59,724 bases of DNA from a virus (taxonomy: Duplodnaviria > Caudoviricetes). Where the stretch lies: positions 1 to 59,724 of IMG/VR virus record IMGVR_UViG_3300027917_000050; one strand, given 5' to 3'. Shown here piece by piece: positions 55,882 through 59,724 of the stretch (its first letter is position 1; each line of letters starts with the position of its first letter). The notes below the pieces were generated by a model, which did no database searches, was not told where the DNA came from, and saw nothing but the letters and a program-made list of their open reading frames with translations. Position numbers and translations under genes: made by a program.

Positions 55882-56031
55882 TTAAATGGTTTGAAAAGTT
55901 AATAGAAAAATTATATATCCGAAACTTAAATAGTTCTGTTGAATACTGGTCGAAACAAGTTGAAATTCTCGAAAAAAAACTTGACTTCGCAAGAACCGCA
56001 GAATCATTTTACAAATGGAAGGCGAATAAGT

Positions 56032-56334
56032 ATGAATCGTCCAAGAAAAAAAGATGAATGCTATCGATGCTATCGACGGCACCTGAAAGAAGAAGATAAA
56101 ATCCACAAGGAAAAAATGAAGTGGAGAACTGTCTGGACCTCTGTAATAATTATTCCTGATGCAAATAAGTCCGATCTTCCGGCATATCTCAGACCACTGG
56201 TTAAGGTTCGCGTTCGTGGAACCTTTAATAGATATCTCGGACACAGTATGCCGAACAGCTTATATGAAAAGCATAAGCGTGAAAGAGTATATCAGAAAAT
56301 GAAGCAGAAGGGAATTATATCAAATGAAGCCTAA
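56032..56334 (+). CDS. Basic hypothetical protein
   Basis: Start MNRPR after GGAAGG; CYRC. Confidence 0.45.
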   Translation: MNRPRKKDECYRCYRRHLKEEDKIHKEKMKWRTVWTSVIIIPDANKSDLPAYLRPLVKVRVRGTFNRYLGHSMPNSLYEKHKRERVYQKMKQKGIISNEA

Positions 56335-56917
56335 TATAGCATTCGACGTTGACGGAATAGCTGCCAATTTTTCGGCTGCATTCGTTCCGTATGCAAAGAA
56401 ACGATACGGTATAAATTTTAAGGAGTCAAATAGGTTTCACTGGGAAGTTGAACCTGAATTAAGTGGACCCCTATTCGACAAGATCATTGCATGGTTTATA
56501 AGAGACCATAGTCATAAAATAAGATATATGGAAGATGGTGTAAGCCTAATTGACCATGTATGGAAAGCAACAAAAAAACCGATTACTTTCGTAACCGCAA
56601 GGCATGAAATGACATGCGCTGCAACGCATCACTGGATGAAGTCAATTTTTCCTGGAATGGACTTTATCGTTATTACAGTCGATAGCGGAAATGATAAGAT
56701 AAGATTCCTGGACGACTTCGATTGCTTCGTCGAGGACCGTAGGAAGACGGCAGTTCAACTGGCAGAAAACGGAAAGATTGTTTTTATGCCAAAAAGACAT
56801 TACAACATGCCACTTCCTTCGACAATGAGCAGATTGGCAGAATCAAATATAATTATATTGGACAGCCTGACACCCGTCTGTTATGGTAATTATGATCACT
56901 TAATTTTTAAGCCTTGA
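56324..56917 (+). CDS. HAD-family 5'(3')-deoxyribonucleotidase-like protein
   Basis: IAFDVDG, FVTAR, K...FVEDR, YN. Confidence 0.8.
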   Translation: MKPNIAFDVDGIAANFSAAFVPYAKKRYGINFKESNRFHWEVEPELSGPLFDKIIAWFIRDHSHKIRYMEDGVSLIDHVWKATKKPITFVTARHEMTCAATHHWMKSIFPGMDFIVITVDSGNDKIRFLDDFDCFVEDRRKTAVQLAENGKIVFMPKRHYNMPLPSTMSRLAESNIIILDSLTPVCYGNYDHLIFKP

Positions 56918-56928
56918 AAGGGGGATTT

Positions 56929-57369
56929 ATGTTTAAACGATTTTTTGTATTTGTAATGGCAGTTTGTCTTATCGCTTTTCTTACGCCGGTAATCACCACC
57001 GACCTGGGCCTATCTGATGGAATCGCAATAGCAAAGGGTCATGGCAATGGTCATGATAAAGGTGGCGGAAAAGGCCATCATGACCGTGGTCGCGGAAGTA
57101 AGGGTAAGGGTCGCGGACATGGGTACGGTTACGGACACCATAATGGTGGCGGAGACTGCGGAATACCGGAGGAACCAACCGAACCGAATGAACCGAATGA
57201 ACAGAAAGAACCCAATACGCCTGTGGAGATTTCAACCGAACCTACCGGAGACCCTGATCCTCAAATGGGATATGATGGAATTCCGTCAATGTTTTCGGCC
57301 CAGGCAGTTGGACCCGACTGTACACTGGTCGACTGGTGGAACAACGGTTTAGAGTGTCCGTCCAAATAG
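56929..57369 (+). CDS. Exported Gly/His/Lys-rich low-complexity protein
   Basis: Signal/TM N-terminus; KGHGNGHDKGGGKGHH...; EP(T/N) repeats; three Cys in the mature part. Confidence 0.6.
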   Translation: MFKRFFVFVMAVCLIAFLTPVITTDLGLSDGIAIAKGHGNGHDKGGGKGHHDRGRGSKGKGRGHGYGYGHHNGGGDCGIPEEPTEPNEPNEQKEPNTPVEISTEPTGDPDPQMGYDGIPSMFSAQAVGPDCTLVDWWNNGLECPSK

Positions 57370-57407
57370 CATTTTAAATAGATATATACTATTTAAAACC
57401 TGCCAGT

Positions 57408-57442
57408 AAAAAAAGGGGAGTCCATCCTCGGACTCCCTTTTT
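57408..57442. terminator. Bidirectional rho-independent terminator between convergent blocks
   Basis: A-run, ggggagtcc-atcctc-ggactccct, T-run. Confidence 0.8.
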
Positions 57443-57473
57443 ATATTACGACCTACACTGTAGGGTCGGTGGG

Positions 57474-57917
57474 TTATTCTTTTGGTGACTTCCAACGCTT
57501 TACAATCTGCTCTCCAGACCTTCCTACAATATATCCTCCAACACCGATAGACATTAAATTCCAAAGTGCGTCCGGCAGGTCGAGGACAACTGCCTTATCT
57601 GTGAACATCGACAGATACGGGTAGAACAAATAATTGTTTGCAACTATTGAGACTATTACCAGCATCAGTATTGGCCTCCAGGAACGTTGTATCCACGAAT
57701 GTCCCTGGATCTCGGCCTTGACGATATCTGCCTGGGATTGAAGTTCTGTCATTGCCTCTTTATGATCCATTGACATCGCAGTCAATTGCATCTGGGCCTT
57801 AAGTTTTGCTGCGAGATCTTTATCCTCAACAAGTTCGTCGACAACTCCGAATATCTGCCCCAATAGAGGTGCCACGATTTTTCCGATAACCGGGAGTGCT
57901 GCTAAAAAAGGTAACAT
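57474..57917 (-). CDS. 3TM-type holin
   Basis: Start MLPFL with GGGGG SD; DKDLAAKLK..AEIQGHSWIQRSWRP...LW.LM..GVGGYIVGRS.E. Confidence 0.8.
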   Translation of the reverse strand: MLPFLAALPVIGKIVAPLLGQIFGVVDELVEDKDLAAKLKAQMQLTAMSMDHKEAMTELQSQADIVKAEIQGHSWIQRSWRPILMLVIVSIVANNYLFYPYLSMFTDKAVVLDLPDALWNLMSIGVGGYIVGRSGEQIVKRWKSPKE

Positions 57918-57927
57918 ATTTCCCCCT

Positions 57928-58284
57928 TTAATATAACCAGACCACTTCTGGGTCTTTGTTTTTGTCGGAATCAACATGGATGAAATCTTCCGCAATTCCT
58001 ATCCTTGTAAATCCAACGAAGATTAATGAATTAAGTATCTTAAAACGATACCTTGAAGTTAAACATTCGATATCTGAAGCTACACCATAAACGTGTGCGC
58101 TATTTTCAGTTCCTCCAATTTTCATATTATGGACCGGGCATCGATACCCAGAATTAATTTTAAATGGTATACCGGCATCCTCTCGCGCCTGGTCAAGATC
58201 TTTAACAAAACTTGTTTCGATTTTATTCTTTCCACAATGAGGGCAGGAAAATTCATCTAAATCAAAATGAATAAATTTAGTCAC
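57928..58284 (-). CDS. Endolysin, peptidase M15 family
   Basis: EFSCPHCG..INSGYRC..HN..GG..NSAH..G.ASDI...FIHVD. Confidence 0.9.
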   Translation of the reverse strand: MTKFIHFDLDEFSCPHCGKNKIETSFVKDLDQAREDAGIPFKINSGYRCPVHNMKIGGTENSAHVYGVASDIECLTSRYRFKILNSLIFVGFTRIGIAEDFIHVDSDKNKDPEVVWLY

Positions 58285-58570
58285 TGTTATTCCTCCTATT
58301 GATTAGAATGTTTTTAATATCGTCAACGGAATCCCTTATATATCTTTGCTCAGTTGATAGCTGATCGAACTTGTCTGCAACGTCCTGACGAATCTTGTCA
58401 CGATCATCCTGGGCGTCTTCTTTAATCTCTTTAAGTTCTTCTTTCGTCGAATATTTTTCTGGTATAGATGCCGTCTTATTAAGGTTCCAACCACCAAGAG
58501 CGACAGCACCGGTCAAAAACGCTCCAATTATAATTCCAACAATCCATTTTACTGATCCGTTTATTGACAT
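58277..58570 (-). CDS. TM plus coiled-coil lysis-associated protein
   Basis: N-terminal TM and heptad-rich C-terminus; directly upstream of the endolysin. Confidence 0.55.
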   Translation of the reverse strand: MSINGSVKWIVGIIIGAFLTGAVALGGWNLNKTASIPEKYSTKEELKEIKEDAQDDRDKIRQDVADKFDQLSTEQRYIRDSVDDIKNILINRRNNSD

Positions 58571-58582
58571 TTTTAACTCCTT

Positions 58583-59260
58583 TTACCCCCTACTAATAAT
58601 CACAAAGTTTTTAGTATATCCAGTTATTGCTGCGGTTCCAGCAGCACCACGATTTCCAAGTGCATTCATATATCTATATCTTGTCGTCGTCCCTGTTACC
58701 GTAAGACTATCCTCTAATGTCGTCCTGCCTGGATCTGTATATATATTCCATGTCAATGTCGTTCCAGACCGCATAAACGTATTATATCGATGCCCATGGA
58801 TTGCTGCACCAATTGAAAATGAATCTGTTGAATTTGGATTATATTGTTGAATTATTGCCGACAGATTTCCACCGCTATTATCAAACCAACACGCGCAGGC
58901 ATCCTGTCCGATTAATCCACCATATCCTGCATTATTAATGTTGCTTATGGCACAAACTATTGCCAGGGCATCTGTCGCACTTGCAGTGATTTCTGTTTCA
59001 AAGTTTACAACAAAGTTTCCGAAATAGCTTGCAGTATAGTCTTTATATACAGTAGTAACCGGAGTCCTCTGCATACCGGCGAATGAAACTTGGTTTGATG
59101 TTACCGTAACCCACCCACTTGGATCTGTTTCCGTAAAGGTAGTCAGATCTTCCGGTGCGCCATTTATTGCCAAAATGCTTGCATTCGCAATTGTGTTTAC
59201 CTTTGCTATGCTTGCATTCGCGATGGTATTTAACTTAGAAAGGTTTGCCCACATTACCAT
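58583..59260 (-). CDS. Tail fibre/receptor-binding-like protein
   Basis: Tandem NTIANASI repeat followed by a beta-sandwich-like domain; follows the fibre gene (TAATG). Confidence 0.55.
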   Translation of the reverse strand: MVMWANLSKLNTIANASIAKVNTIANASILAINGAPEDLTTFTETDPSGWVTVTSNQVSFAGMQRTPVTTVYKDYTASYFGNFVVNFETEITASATDALAIVCAISNINNAGYGGLIGQDACACWFDNSGGNLSAIIQQYNPNSTDSFSIGAAIHGHRYNTFMRSGTTLTWNIYTDPGRTTLEDSLTVTGTTTRYRYMNALGNRGAAGTAAITGYTKNFVIISRG

Positions 59261-59715
59261 TATGCCACCTCTATATAGTCTGGTGAAGGTTCAAACCAAA
59301 TGATGTCTGCCGTTTTCGCGTATCCAACAACCTGGACAAAATCACCTGTCGCATACCCAGAGACATCGTTGGTTATTGCGCCGGAATCTCCAACAAAAAG
59401 CTGTTGGCCTGGAGTCCAGTTCCAAGAATCATCCCTAAAAAATCCTCTAAATAATAGCTTCTTTGATCCAGTTCCAGACTCAAGCGCAATTGCAAGTCGT
59501 CCAACCGTCGATTCAGAATCCTTATCAGCATCATCCCAATTTCCATCAGCAGATAACACAAGAAGACCACCTATTCCAACGGTGTTTTGATCGACTGTCT
59601 CGGAATTTACTTGATCTCCCGTCCCGGTCTGGTCTGAAGCCGGTGCCTGATCCCAAACAATCTTTCCGGCATCAACCATTGCAATTCCATCTGTATCAGT
59701 GGAAAATTTAGCTGC
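59260..59715 (-). CDS. Tail fibre-like protein, 3' part (continuation of 897..1)
   Basis: Frame is open to the window end: (YAG)AAKFSTDTDGIAMVDAG...; C-terminal GFFRDDSWNWTPG..LFV...VQVVGYA..ADIIWFEP domain. Confidence 0.75.
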   Translation of the reverse strand, partial: AAKFSTDTDGIAMVDAGKIVWDQAPASDQTGTGDQVNSETVDQNTVGIGGLLVLSADGNWDDADKDSESTVGRLAIALESGTGSKKLLFRGFFRDDSWNWTPGQQLFVGDSGAITNDVSGYATGDFVQVVGYAKTADIIWFEPSPDYIEVA

Positions 59716-59724
59716 TCCGGCATA
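59716..59724 (+). repeat. 9-nt terminal direct repeat (same as positions 1-9)
   Basis: tccggcata at both ends. Confidence 0.85.

Noticed and set aside
57372-57398. AT-rich palindrome ttttaaatag-atatata-ctatttaaaa
   Set aside because: Weak AT-only stem next to a clear terminator; single copy, so no function can be supported.
1-59724. tRNAs, CRISPR array, DGR/retron reverse transcriptase, inteins/introns, stop-codon recoding, integrase/att
   Set aside because: None seen by eye: no spaced repeats or RT motif, TerL, DnaB, portal and capsid are uninterrupted, and genes tile densely under the standard code. tRNAscan/Infernal were not run, so small RNAs could be missed.

Overview
The window looks like a complete, circularly permuted ~59.7-kb tailed-phage genome with podovirus-type architecture. 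The last 9 nt repeat the first 9 nt, and a tail-fibre-like ORF reads in frame across the join. Almost all genes are on the minus strand, in this order: early genes, lambda-O-like initiator plus DnaB, SSB, RuvC-like resolvase, nucleases, sigma-like proteins, TerS, a ribosomal protein bS21 homologue, TerL, portal, scaffold, major capsid, tail proteins, a ~3,700-aa polyvalent (LPD38-type) virion protein, tail fibres and a lysis cassette. The plus strand carries only a recombination block (53.0-57.4 kb) and one isolated PAPS-reductase-like gene with its own promoter. I recognised no integrase, DNA or RNA polymerase, tRNA or CRISPR array. The strongest non-routine signals are: (i) a four-copy promoter class TTGCAC-N20-TATAAT with an extended -10, three copies of which have an ATG exactly 6 nt after the -10 (leaderless-looking), in a phage that also encodes sigma-like proteins and bS21; (ii) a perfect 19-bp inverted repeat that brackets exactly one small gene; (iii) the counter-oriented PAPS-reductase-like gene; (iv) the multi-enzyme polyvalent protein. 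All family calls come from reading motifs by eye; no database searches were run.
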